NCBI GenBank assembly: GCA_045805065.1
Contig: JBJMMA010000129.1
Coordinates: 1 to 24,246, forward strand
Length of the DNA stretch: 24,246 nt
Direction: 5' to 3'
Origin: Bdellovibrionia bacterium
GTDB taxonomy: Bacteria > Bdellovibrionota > UBA1018
Every line of letters begins with the position of its first letter. The first letter of the stretch is position 1. Made by a program: the position numbers and the translations under genes. Shown piece by piece: positions 1 through 8,324 of this stretch. The notes under the pieces are model-generated. The model did no database searches and was not told where the DNA came from. It saw only the letters and a list, made by a program, of their open reading frames with translations.

Positions 1-2
1 CG

Positions 3-941
3 GCGCTCGGCGCGGCGCAGGCGGAGGCGGCACAGGCGCGGTTACTGCAGCACGCCGTCGAGCGCCTCGGCCTGCGGCACGCGATCCACTGGTACTACAC
101 GCCGATGGCGCTGGGCTTGACCGGCGGGCTGACTCCGCTCGCGACCATCTACGATTGCATGGATGAACTCTCGCTCTTTCGAAACGCCCCAACCCGACTT
201 GTGGATTATGAAGCCGAGCTTCTCAAATTGGCCGATGTCGTATTCACAGGAGGGCACCACCTTTACGAGTTCAAGCGCGACCGCCATTCGAACATTCATC
301 CCATGCCAAGCAGTATTGACAAAAAGCACTTCATGCAAGCCCGTGAACTCTCCGACTCCGCAGATCCCTCCGATCAGGTCTCCATCCCTCACCCGAGAAT
401 CGGCTTTTATGGGGTGATTGACGACCGTCTGGACCTGGAGCTTCTGCGCGGCATGGCTGAGGCTAAGCCCGATTGGCAACTGATTCTTATTGGTCCAGTG
501 GTCAACAAGATCTCACAAGAGAGTCTCCCCAAGGCGCCCAATATCCATTATCTCGGACAAAAGCACTATCAAGAGCTGCCGCGCTACCTTTCCGGCTGGG
601 ATGTGGCGATGTTGCCTTTCGCGAAAGTGGAGGCCACACGTTTTATCAGCCCGACCAAAACTCCGGAGTACTTAGCTGCAGGAAAGCCCGTAGTCTCAAC
701 ATCCATTCGTGACGTCGTCAGGCCTTACGGTGAAGAGCAGCTGGTGCTGATCGGGGACACCGTGGACGAATTCATCCATGCCATAGAAACCGCACTGCGA
801 ATCGATCACCACAACTCGTCGTGGAAAAATCGCGTCGATGAGTTTCTTTCAGACAAATCCTGGGACCAGACCTGGAGCAAAATGGCTGAGCTCATCCAAA
901 AGTGTGTCAGCAAACCCAGCAGTCTGCGCCAGGCAGGATGA
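3..941 (+). CDS. GT-B (GT4-like) glycosyltransferase, 5'-truncated by the window edge
   Basis: The frame is open from base 3 (ALGAAQAE...HWYYTPMAL), so the ATG at 105 is internal. Motifs include YDCMDELS, ADVVFTGG, IGFYGVIDDRLD and FISPTKTPEYLAAGKPVVST. Confidence 0.9.
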   Translation, partial: ALGAAQAEAAQARLLQHAVERLGLRHAIHWYYTPMALGLTGGLTPLATIYDCMDELSLFRNAPTRLVDYEAELLKLADVVFTGGHHLYEFKRDRHSNIHPMPSSIDKKHFMQARELSDSADPSDQVSIPHPRIGFYGVIDDRLDLELLRGMAEAKPDWQLILIGPVVNKISQESLPKAPNIHYLGQKHYQELPRYLSGWDVAMLPFAKVEATRFISPTKTPEYLAAGKPVVSTSIRDVVRPYGEEQLVLIGDTVDEFIHAIETALRIDHHNSSWKNRVDEFLSDKSWDQTWSKMAELIQKCVSKPSSLRQAG

Positions 942-952
942 GTCCATCTGAG

Positions 953-1342
953 TTAACTTTCGCGGTTCCGCATATGGTCTGCAAGCTTTCGAAGCGTCGC
1001 TGTCAGCTCGCTGAGCAGCGGATCAGCGACGCCGACAATTTTCAGAGCTTGCTCCATGCAAAGCATCCATTGATCCGCTTCGCTTTGGCCAATCGCGAAT
1101 GGGAAATGCCGCATCCTGAGTCGGGGGTGACCGTACTTCTCGACAAAAAGGGGTGGGCCACCGAGCCAACCTGACAAAAAGAGAAAGAGCTTCTCTTCGC
1201 TCGATGCGAGGTCTTCAGGATGCAGGCGTCGAATTCCCTGCGCATCAGGCAGCGTATCCATCAAATGGTAAAACTCGCGCGCCAGCGCACGAACACCTTC
1301 GGCGCCCCCCAGGGTCTCGTAAACTGTCTTCTGCTGATCCAT
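953..1342 (-). CDS. Group II truncated haemoglobin (trHbO-like)
   Basis: YETLGG, FY (Tyr B10), LSGWLGGPPLF, GHPRLRMRHFPF (proximal His) and ADQW (Trp G8). The start is probably the ATG at 1342. Confidence 0.93.
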   Translation of the reverse strand: MDQQKTVYETLGGAEGVRALAREFYHLMDTLPDAQGIRRLHPEDLASSEEKLFLFLSGWLGGPPLFVEKYGHPRLRMRHFPFAIGQSEADQWMLCMEQALKIVGVADPLLSELTATLRKLADHMRNRES

Positions 1343-1455
1343 TGAACGCACTTTGCCATGACCGGTTTCTTAAGTCACTTCGGGAAGCGAGCGGCAGATT
1401 CATTCACCTCTCATTAGCCTCATGGTTGGCCCCATTTATGCGTGAAGCTAGCCCC

Positions 1456-2328
1456 ATGTTCTTTTTCTTTTTCCCCTTTGGCGGCCGTGGTTATCGCGGA
1501 AATCGCAGGTATTATCGCCGCCGATCGTTCGGATTTATTCCGTTTCTTCTCATGCTGGGATTTCTTTCGATGCTCTTTTCTCAGCCCAACGGAAACGGAC
1601 TGGTTCTCTTCTTTTTTATCGCGCCGCTTTTATTCTTTTTCATGATCAGTTCTATCATCTCGTCGGTTTTCAGGCGCCTGGCTGAAAGATCCATGGAAGT
1701 TGAGAACTATTGGAGCGGGCACCTTTCAAAAGATGTCGAGTCTGATATTGACCCTGAATCCTTGCCTGCGGATAGAGAGAGTTCTGAGCCCCGCGAAGAA
1801 GAACCTCCCGCCGTTCATCGAGACGAGCGACTGTCTCAGATTTGGAAACGTGCACAAGGATTGCGATATGAACCAGGCCTCAATCGTCTTGCCAGAAACG
1901 CGCAGCGACAATCCCATGCACTGGCTGAGCTTCATGAACGATTTCAGCAGCTCCTTGCCAATAAACTCAGACCTGATGAACTAACCTATCGCAGATTTCT
2001 TGCCTCGGCTGCACAGGGCCACCAGATGATCGCGAACGAGATCGAGGAAGCCGTATCTCGCCTTGAGTACCTCCAGTCCGTCGGAACAAGCCTGCGCGCT
2101 GCATCCGGGGATGCGCCTGATGATTCGGGTCGCTATCACGATATCGAGCAGGAACAGCTGTCAAAGATTTCGGCGTTGCTGTCCCGGACACAAGACGCTG
2201 TGGCCCAGTTTGCAAGAGTCAACTTTGCGATCGTTGAAATGCGTGGCACCTCAAGCCGCAAGGCAGAAGATATCAACAGTGCCATTGATCAACTGAAGGA
2301 CTTAGCTCAACGAGCACAGCACCTTTAG
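1456..2328 (+). CDS. Membrane-anchored coiled-coil protein, probable TelA partner (XpaC-like role)
   Basis: Two hydrophobic segments, an acidic linker and a helical C-terminus containing KLRPDELTYRRF. The track start at 1153 overlaps the globin, so ATG 1456 (or 1438) is preferred. Confidence 0.65.
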   Translation: MFFFFFPFGGRGYRGNRRYYRRRSFGFIPFLLMLGFLSMLFSQPNGNGLVLFFFIAPLLFFFMISSIISSVFRRLAERSMEVENYWSGHLSKDVESDIDPESLPADRESSEPREEEPPAVHRDERLSQIWKRAQGLRYEPGLNRLARNAQRQSHALAELHERFQQLLANKLRPDELTYRRFLASAAQGHQMIANEIEEAVSRLEYLQSVGTSLRAASGDAPDDSGRYHDIEQEQLSKISALLSRTQDAVAQFARVNFAIVEMRGTSSRKAEDINSAIDQLKDLAQRAQHL

Positions 2329-3437
2329 GCAGCGTCAGTATCGATCTGGATATCAGGGCGTCGGCGGTTACCGGCTTCCATGTCCTGGATAGCTTTTTCC
2401 GCATCGGTGGTGACTCGATCCAGCTCCAGCATCGTACTTGCCATGCGCGGCAATGCATCCATGCGGTAGCGAGAAAGATCATCCAGTGCCCCTCGGATGT
2501 CCTGGAAAGCGGAACGAAGGGAGTTCATATCAAGCTGCGCCTCGGTTGCGCGTTTTTGAATCTCCACTCCCTGTGTGCGCAGCCGTGAAGCAGTGCCCGC
2601 AATCAGATCCGATGTTGTGCGATTCACAGCATCCACTTTATCAATCACGATTCTTTGATGAGCAAGCGCTAGCGCAACGGTCGCAGCCACTTGAAGCGCT
2701 GTCACGGTCACACTGAGCGAACGTTCCACGCCGCGGATGAGTTCCTTGTTATTGCGAATGATGATCTCGGTTGCAAGCACACCTTGCTGATTGACGGCGA
2801 GCTGCTGCTGCAGATCCATGATTCGCTGCCGAAGCGGGAAAAGAAGTTCTTCGCCCACGAATTTTCGTTTGGCTTCATCTTGAGCGAGCTCGCGCTCCAT
2901 TCTCGAGGCAAGTTTTGTGTCGATCAGTTGGCCCATTCGGACCGCACGCTCAAGCTTAAAAGTCATTTCTCGCATCTGCCTTTGGTCTTCAGCCAAGGTC
3001 AAGTTGTCTCGCTGAAGCTGATCCTTTCCGCCTTCAAGAGACCGAACAATTGCAGAAATCACCGTCTGCGCGCTTTCAAAGCGTGAGAAGTAGCGCTTCA
3101 TCGGAGTGCCCACTCCGGGAATTCGCCCCAGCGTGCGCGAAAGCCATCCCGGCTCAAAATCAAACTTGGCTGGATCGAGCTCTTCCACTTTCTCTTTCAA
3201 CTGGATCAAAGCATTGGCGACTTCGCCGCCCTCTTCGCTCCGCGCCGTAAGCTTGCGAATAGGTTCCTTGAGAAGCGCCATCTGCTCGGCAGCCTTGCGC
3301 TGGAGATCGATGCTCATGGTTTCGACGGAGGCTCTTTTGGCTTCCCGCGCCTGTAAATCTTCCGGCCGCACCTCCATCAGGCGATCGACAAATCGTTCCG
3401 CCTTGTTCTCTAGCTCTGAGTCCGGTTGGTCAACCAT
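2325..3437 (-). CDS. telA: Toxic anion resistance protein, TelA family
   Basis: Coiled coil with LFPLRQRIMDLQQQLAVNQQG, IIRNNKELIRGV and KRYFSRFESAQ. A GGAGG RBS lies upstream of ATG 3437. Confidence 0.9.
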   Translation of the reverse strand: MVDQPDSELENKAERFVDRLMEVRPEDLQAREAKRASVETMSIDLQRKAAEQMALLKEPIRKLTARSEEGGEVANALIQLKEKVEELDPAKFDFEPGWLSRTLGRIPGVGTPMKRYFSRFESAQTVISAIVRSLEGGKDQLQRDNLTLAEDQRQMREMTFKLERAVRMGQLIDTKLASRMERELAQDEAKRKFVGEELLFPLRQRIMDLQQQLAVNQQGVLATEIIIRNNKELIRGVERSLSVTVTALQVAATVALALAHQRIVIDKVDAVNRTTSDLIAGTASRLRTQGVEIQKRATEAQLDMNSLRSAFQDIRGALDDLSRYRMDALPRMASTMLELDRVTTDAEKAIQDMEAGNRRRPDIQIDTDAA

Positions 3438-3526
3438 GGCGCTCTGCCTCCACTGACTCAGGAAAGCAAGTTTACTGCCTGACACAAGCAAGCAACTTGG
3501 AATGGCGATTGCAGCCCTGCATAAGA

Positions 3527-4093
3527 ATGGACGGAAAGACTTTGAAGCAGCGCAAGCTCTCACTGACGCCGTACCGACCTCTTCTCTGGGGAATGGAATT
3601 CATTCTGCTCCTGGGATTTTGGTTCATGCTCACTGCGAAAGTGAACTTTCAGGAGTTTTGCGCAGGCGCTCTGACAACTCTTGTCTCGCTTTTTGCCGTG
3701 CATCTTTGCGTAGAGGTTCCCTTTTCACGCTTATCAAATATTCCGCGTTATATTTTCCAAATTTGGAGAATCCCACTCAGCATTCCAAGTGGACTCTATC
3801 AAGTCTTCTCAGCGCTCTTTCTGGCGTTATTCTCTTGCAAGGGACAAATGGGAGCGAAGCAAAGAAGTGATATCCAAGCTATCCCCTTTGAGCCAGGAGC
3901 TGCCGACGATCCCGAAGCAGAGTTTCGCCGCACACTGGCTCTTACCCTTCCCACTTGCACGCCAAACTTTGTAGCCATCGACATCGAGCGCGACCAAGGC
4001 CTCTATATTTTCCATCAAGTCAAAAACGCGCCGCCGCCTCAACTTCTGCTGAAGTTGCGATCAGAAAAACCAAAGAATGGAGAGGCTCCATGA
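3527..4093 (+). CDS. mrpE: Mrp/Mnh antiporter subunit E (divergent)
   Basis: N-terminal TM (LLLGFWFMLT...EFCAG) and TCTPNFVAIDI...HQ resembling the MnhE TPG...D...H motif. First gene of the operon, with an ATGA overlap to the next gene. Confidence 0.75.
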   Translation: MDGKTLKQRKLSLTPYRPLLWGMEFILLLGFWFMLTAKVNFQEFCAGALTTLVSLFAVHLCVEVPFSRLSNIPRYIFQIWRIPLSIPSGLYQVFSALFLALFSCKGQMGAKQRSDIQAIPFEPGAADDPEAEFRRTLALTLPTCTPNFVAIDIERDQGLYIFHQVKNAPPPQLLLKLRSEKPKNGEAP

Positions 4094-4362
4094 CGACCTT
4101 CTGGCAGATGACCGTCTGGGAATGGATGTCCTTACTGCTTCTCTTGAGCCTGATTCCCTGTGGCTGTCTCTGTTTCATGGGAAAAACTACAATCGATCGA
4201 GTCATCGGTTTGCAGATGGCAAGCGCCGTTGAAGTCATGATCTTGATGCTCCTCTCACAGTCTTCCGGCCAAGGCTCTTTTTTTGACATCGCCTTGTGCC
4301 TGACGATTCTGGCCTTCGGAGGCGGATTTGTCTTTGTCCGCTTTCTGGAGCGCTGGTGCTAG
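4090..4362 (+). CDS. mrpF: Mrp/Mnh antiporter subunit F
   Basis: 90 aa with 3 TM segments, TIDRVIGL, FDIAL and FVRFLER. ATG 4090 is coupled to the mrpE stop. Confidence 0.88.
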   Translation: MTTFWQMTVWEWMSLLLLLSLIPCGCLCFMGKTTIDRVIGLQMASAVEVMILMLLSQSSGQGSFFDIALCLTILAFGGGFVFVRFLERWC

Positions 4363-4388
4363 AGGCAACCACTCGAGGCAATAAGACG

Positions 4389-4694
4389 ATGAACGTTCAA
4401 GAATGGATCAGCATCGGATGTTTAGGAATCGCGGTTCTGGTGAGCTGGCTCTCCTGCCTGGCCATTGTCTTGATGAAGGATACATACGAGAGACTCAATT
4501 ACTCATCCGCGATCACAGCAGTCTCCGTTCCATTGGTCGCGCTTGCGATCTGGTTTAGAACATCGGATCCCCAGATCCGGATCAAGATCCTGCTCATTAC
4601 CGTAATTCTCTTTTTTACCAACGCTGTACTCACCCATGCCACAGCAAAAGCGCATCGGATTCGAAGTTCCATGGAGGCGCAGAAATCCAAATGA
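4389..4694 (+). CDS. mrpG: Mrp/Mnh antiporter subunit G
   Basis: 101 aa with 3 TM segments, DTYERLN and FTNAVLTHATAKA. Confidence 0.88.
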   Translation: MNVQEWISIGCLGIAVLVSWLSCLAIVLMKDTYERLNYSSAITAVSVPLVALAIWFRTSDPQIRIKILLITVILFFTNAVLTHATAKAHRIRSSMEAQKSK

Positions 4695-4954
4695 ACATTC
4701 TTCAGGCCTTGATTCTGATCTTCGTATGCCTGGCCGCAACAGCTGTGGTGCTCGTCCGTGATCCACTCTCACAATCAGTCGGGCTGAGCTTTTACGGAAT
4801 CCTCCTGGGGCTGATGTTCTTTGTCTTTCACGCTCCCGACGTCGCTCTCTCTCAGATTGTGATCGGAGCGATCATCCTACCCATGCTTCTTCTCTTGGCT
4901 CTGTCGTGGATTAAGAGATCCGAGCACGCAAGCAGAAAGGATCCCGCCCCATGA
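4691..4954 (+). CDS. DUF4040 membrane subunit (MbhD-like, equivalent to a C-terminal module of MrpA)
   Basis: 87 aa with 3 TM segments and the APDVALSQ motif. ATGA-coupled on both sides. Confidence 0.88.
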   Translation: MNILQALILIFVCLAATAVVLVRDPLSQSVGLSFYGILLGLMFFVFHAPDVALSQIVIGAIILPMLLLLALSWIKRSEHASRKDPAP

Positions 4955-5721
4955 GAATGCCCACGCGACTCTGCTTTTTTCTCATCGGAGCTGCAGGCCT
5001 TGCCTATCTGTATCTCAAAGGCGCATCTCAGCTTCCGCCCATCGGTCATTACTCAGGCCCTTATGGCGATGATGCCAATCACGCCTCCGTTGCCGCACGC
5101 CACATCACAGACAGCGTCAGCGGCGTGAATTTTGACATTCGCGCTGTGGATACCTTGGGAGAAGAATTTATCCTTTTCACGTCCGTCATTGGCGCTGTGG
5201 TTTTTTTGCGTGAAGCTTACGAGAAGGAGACCGCCGACTCTGCCGGGAAGCGCTTTCACGAAGCCGGACACACCACTCAGGCGACGGATGCAGTTCGTTT
5301 CTGGACGCTAGCCATGACCGCTCCGACTGTCCTTTTTGGATGTTATATCGTTCTTCACGGTCAGTTGAGTCCAGGAGGCGGATTTCAAGGCGGGGTCATT
5401 CTCGCGACGGCCCCGCTCCTGATCTTTCTGTCTCAGGACTATGAGACTTTCAAGCGAGTGACGTCAAACACCTTACTCGAGCTTGGCGAATCCCTGGGCG
5501 CTGGGAGTTACGCAGGAATTGGCGTCATTGCTCTTCTTTTTGGAATGCCTTTTCTCACCAACTTTTTGCCTTTGGGACAAAAAGGAGAGCTTCTTTCAGG
5601 AGGAATCATCCCCCTCATCAGCTTTCTGGTCGGCCTTGAAGTTGCCGGAGGATTCGTCCTTCTTCTAACTGCCTTTCTTCAGCACGTTTTCGCATCCCCC
5701 GAGAAAGAGGACTCCCCATGA
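4951..5721 (+). CDS. mrpB: MrpB/MnhB subunit with an N-terminal MrpA-tail (MbhE-like) module
   Basis: FDIRAVDTLGE (DFRxxDTLGE type) followed by HGQLSPGGGFQGG. Confidence 0.9.
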   Translation: MRMPTRLCFFLIGAAGLAYLYLKGASQLPPIGHYSGPYGDDANHASVAARHITDSVSGVNFDIRAVDTLGEEFILFTSVIGAVVFLREAYEKETADSAGKRFHEAGHTTQATDAVRFWTLAMTAPTVLFGCYIVLHGQLSPGGGFQGGVILATAPLLIFLSQDYETFKRVTSNTLLELGESLGAGSYAGIGVIALLFGMPFLTNFLPLGQKGELLSGGIIPLISFLVGLEVAGGFVLLLTAFLQHVFASPEKEDSP

Positions 5722-6062
5722 GCGTCCTGCCTTACTTTGCCGCAGCCTATCTTTTTCTGATCGGACTCTATGGAATCACCAGTAGCCGCAACCTGATCCA
5801 TCTCATTATCTGCCTGGCGATTGTTCAATCCTCGACTTATGTCTTGCTCCTGACAATCGGGTACCGGATCGGAGGACAGGCGCCGATTTTTCAATCCATG
5901 AGCGAGAACACTCGAACGGTGGATCCCGTTGTGCAAGCCCTGATGCTCACGGATATCGTCGTCCAGGCCACGGTGATGGCGCTTTTACTAGCGCTTGCGA
6001 TCCAGGTTCATAAGAAAACAGGAAACCTGGATCCTAACTCAATTCAAAAGCTCCATGGATAA
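5718..6062 (+). CDS. mrpC: Mrp/Mnh antiporter subunit C (NuoK-like)
   Basis: 114 aa with 3 TM segments and DPVVQALMLTDIVV. Confidence 0.92.
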   Translation: MSVLPYFAAAYLFLIGLYGITSSRNLIHLIICLAIVQSSTYVLLLTIGYRIGGQAPIFQSMSENTRTVDPVVQALMLTDIVVQATVMALLLALAIQVHKKTGNLDPNSIQKLHG

Positions 6063-7797
6063 CCCAAACCTTCTCTTACCACTCCAGATTGCCATCCCGC
6101 TTTTGATGGCGGCCATCTTAACGGGCGCAGGCCAATGGTTTCCGCGTAAAATAACTGATCTCTTATCCATGGCCACGGCGCTGGTAAGCTCGTGGATTGG
6201 ACTCCGTCTGATTGAGCACACCGGGCCAGGCCAAAAGCCCCTCATCTATTGGTTCGGAGGATGGGGCCCAGGAGTGATGTCCTCGCGTGCACTGGGTGTC
6301 AGCTTTTCAGTCGATCCCATCTCAGCGATCCTGGCGACTTTCGTCCCATTTCTCTTTGTCTTCACCTTTATTTATACATGGCGCTACTTTAAAGAGGTCA
6401 AATCCCTCTTTCATGCACTGATGCTCGTTTTCATGGCCAGCATGTGCGGCTTCTGCTTGAGCGGAGACCTCTTCAATCTTTTTGTCTGGTTTGAACTGAT
6501 GTCAGCGGCAGGTATCGTTCTTTGCGGGTACAAATCCGAGGAACTTGGCCCACTGCAAGGAGCCATCAACTTTGCGGTTCTTAACTCAGTGGGCGCTTTT
6601 CTCACGTTAACGGGGATCGCGTTTTTATATGCGCATACAAGCGCACTCAATATGGCGCAGATGGGTGCATCCCTAGCTCAGACAAGTCCTGACCCTTGGG
6701 TATGGATCGCCTTTGCGTTCGTTTGTTTTGGATTTCTTACCAAGGCAGCGATCGTGCCGTTTCATTTCTGGCTTGCCGATGCTCATGCGGTCGCTCCGGC
6801 CCCGGTTTCAGCGCTTTTTTCTGGCATCATGGTTCCTCTGGGACTCTTTGCTGTTCAAAAAGTTCATCACACTGTATTTGCGCAGGCCTTCGCGCCACAG
6901 CAGCATCAGATTCAACAAGTTTTTATCTGGATGGGAGTAGCCTCCACGCTTCTGGGTGGGGTGATGTGCTTTCTTCAGAGGCATCTCAAGCGACTTCTGG
7001 CGTTTTCCACCATCAGTCACGTAGGCATGATGATGATCGCGCTCAGCCTTTTTCAAGAACAAGCCTCGCACGGGATGTATACTTATCTTTTAGGTCATGG
7101 GCTCGTTAAGGCTTCTTTATTTATGATCGTGGGCATCCTGCTTCATCGGACCGGCTCGGTCGATGAGAAGAAACTTTTCCGGAAATGCCTTGAACTTAAA
7201 CCTGCGAACATCCTCTTTCTCACCGCAACCTTGGGCATCGCTGGCGTCCCCCCGTTTTCCACTTTTTCTGGCCATCATGAAATCGAAAAAGCACTTCGAG
7301 AAACTCATCAAGAGTGGCTGGGCTACGTTTTAATCCTGGGATCAGCACTGACTGCGGGCACACTGTTTCGATCCTACGCCAGGATATTTCTGGGTTGGGG
7401 GCGCTCCACTCAAGACAATTTTTCCAGCCCGCAGCCTGCGGAAGGAGACGAGAACCGCGAGACTGGTGAAACACCTTCCCAAACACCCTGGTCCATGATT
7501 CTGGCTCCGGCGCTACTTCTGGCGTTTTCCGTCGCTCTCTCATTTGAAAGTCGATTCAAAGTTGACGCTCGAAGCCTGATTCATGCCGGACTCACACTTT
7601 TCCTGGCCTTAGCTCTGGCGACATCCGCTCTTTATGGGAAAAGAGGTCTCATCAAGTCGCGCTCGCCCCACGCTATCCTGCTGAGATCAATGGCCAGCGG
7701 CCTTCACTCGCTTCACAGTGGCCAGGTTGGCGACTATATTGTTTGGTTTACGCTGGGAGTCGGGGTCTATGGATTGGGCTTTCTTCTCAAAACCTAG
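6055..7797 (+). CDS. mrpD: Large antiporter-like subunit (MrpD / complex I subunit 5 family)
   Basis: GDLFNLFVWFELM, KAAIVPFHFWLADAH.APAPVSA, LKRLLAFSTISHVG and HGLVKASLF. ATG 6055 overlaps the mrpC end. Confidence 0.9.
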   Translation: MDNPNLLLPLQIAIPLLMAAILTGAGQWFPRKITDLLSMATALVSSWIGLRLIEHTGPGQKPLIYWFGGWGPGVMSSRALGVSFSVDPISAILATFVPFLFVFTFIYTWRYFKEVKSLFHALMLVFMASMCGFCLSGDLFNLFVWFELMSAAGIVLCGYKSEELGPLQGAINFAVLNSVGAFLTLTGIAFLYAHTSALNMAQMGASLAQTSPDPWVWIAFAFVCFGFLTKAAIVPFHFWLADAHAVAPAPVSALFSGIMVPLGLFAVQKVHHTVFAQAFAPQQHQIQQVFIWMGVASTLLGGVMCFLQRHLKRLLAFSTISHVGMMMIALSLFQEQASHGMYTYLLGHGLVKASLFMIVGILLHRTGSVDEKKLFRKCLELKPANILFLTATLGIAGVPPFSTFSGHHEIEKALRETHQEWLGYVLILGSALTAGTLFRSYARIFLGWGRSTQDNFSSPQPAEGDENRETGETPSQTPWSMILAPALLLAFSVALSFESRFKVDARSLIHAGLTLFLALALATSALYGKRGLIKSRSPHAILLRSMASGLHSLHSGQVGDYIVWFTLGVGVYGLGFLLKT

Positions 7798-7889
7798 CCC
7801 TGGTCCCGCATCAAAACCCGCATTCAGCTGCCGACTGATTTCACTGCACGCAAACTGCACCTGACAAATGCATTCGGAGGATTTCTTCT

Positions 7890-8324
7890 ATGGCATCAAA
7901 CGATCTTTCTCGCATCATTCGCAGCTACATCGACGCGGTGAACGCTGACAACCCTCGCTTGGTCGAGCCTCTGCTTGCCGACAATGTGAAGTGGTCATCG
8001 CCCGCCGGCAAACGAACCGGCCCGGAGGAAACACGGAAGTACATGGAGAGATGGTTTACGGCTTTCCCGGATCTTAAGCTGGAACAGATCAATACCATTC
8101 TGGGCGAAGACCAGGCTGCCGTTGAGTGCAAGTTAGTAGGAACGCATCAGGGCAACTTTGTGTCGGACTTGGGCCAGTTTACGCCCACTCAGAAACGAAT
8201 CAGTGTTGATCTGATTAACCTGCTCACCATTCGGAATGGCAAGATCTCCGAGATCCGCGTGTTCTATGACTCGGCCGAAATCATGGACCAGCTTGGATTC
8301 CAAGTCGAAAAACGCGCAGCTTAA
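7890..8324 (+). CDS. SnoaL-like ester cyclase / NTF2-fold protein
   Basis: AFPDL, GTHQG.F and IRNGKISEIRVFYD. GGAGG RBS upstream. Confidence 0.85.
   Translation: MASNDLSRIIRSYIDAVNADNPRLVEPLLADNVKWSSPAGKRTGPEETRKYMERWFTAFPDLKLEQINTILGEDQAAVECKLVGTHQGNFVSDLGQFTPTQKRISVDLINLLTIRNGKISEIRVFYDSAEIMDQLGFQVEKRAA

Noticed and set aside
1153..1455. N-terminal extension of the 391-aa ORF
   Set aside because: It overlaps the well-supported globin on the opposite strand and reads as non-coding-like sequence.
3438..3563. Longer TelA start in the ORF track
   Set aside because: It would overlap mrpE, and a strong RBS supports ATG 3437.
3527..7797. NADH dehydrogenase or hydrogenase operon
   Set aside because: No Fe-S, NiFe, NuoH-like or flavoprotein subunits are adjacent. 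The E/F/G subunits indicate an Mrp-type module.
7800..7865. Short repeats CCCGCAT x2 and ACTGCAC x2 after the mrp operon
   Set aside because: 7-mers at this density can occur by chance, and there is no clear terminator hairpin.
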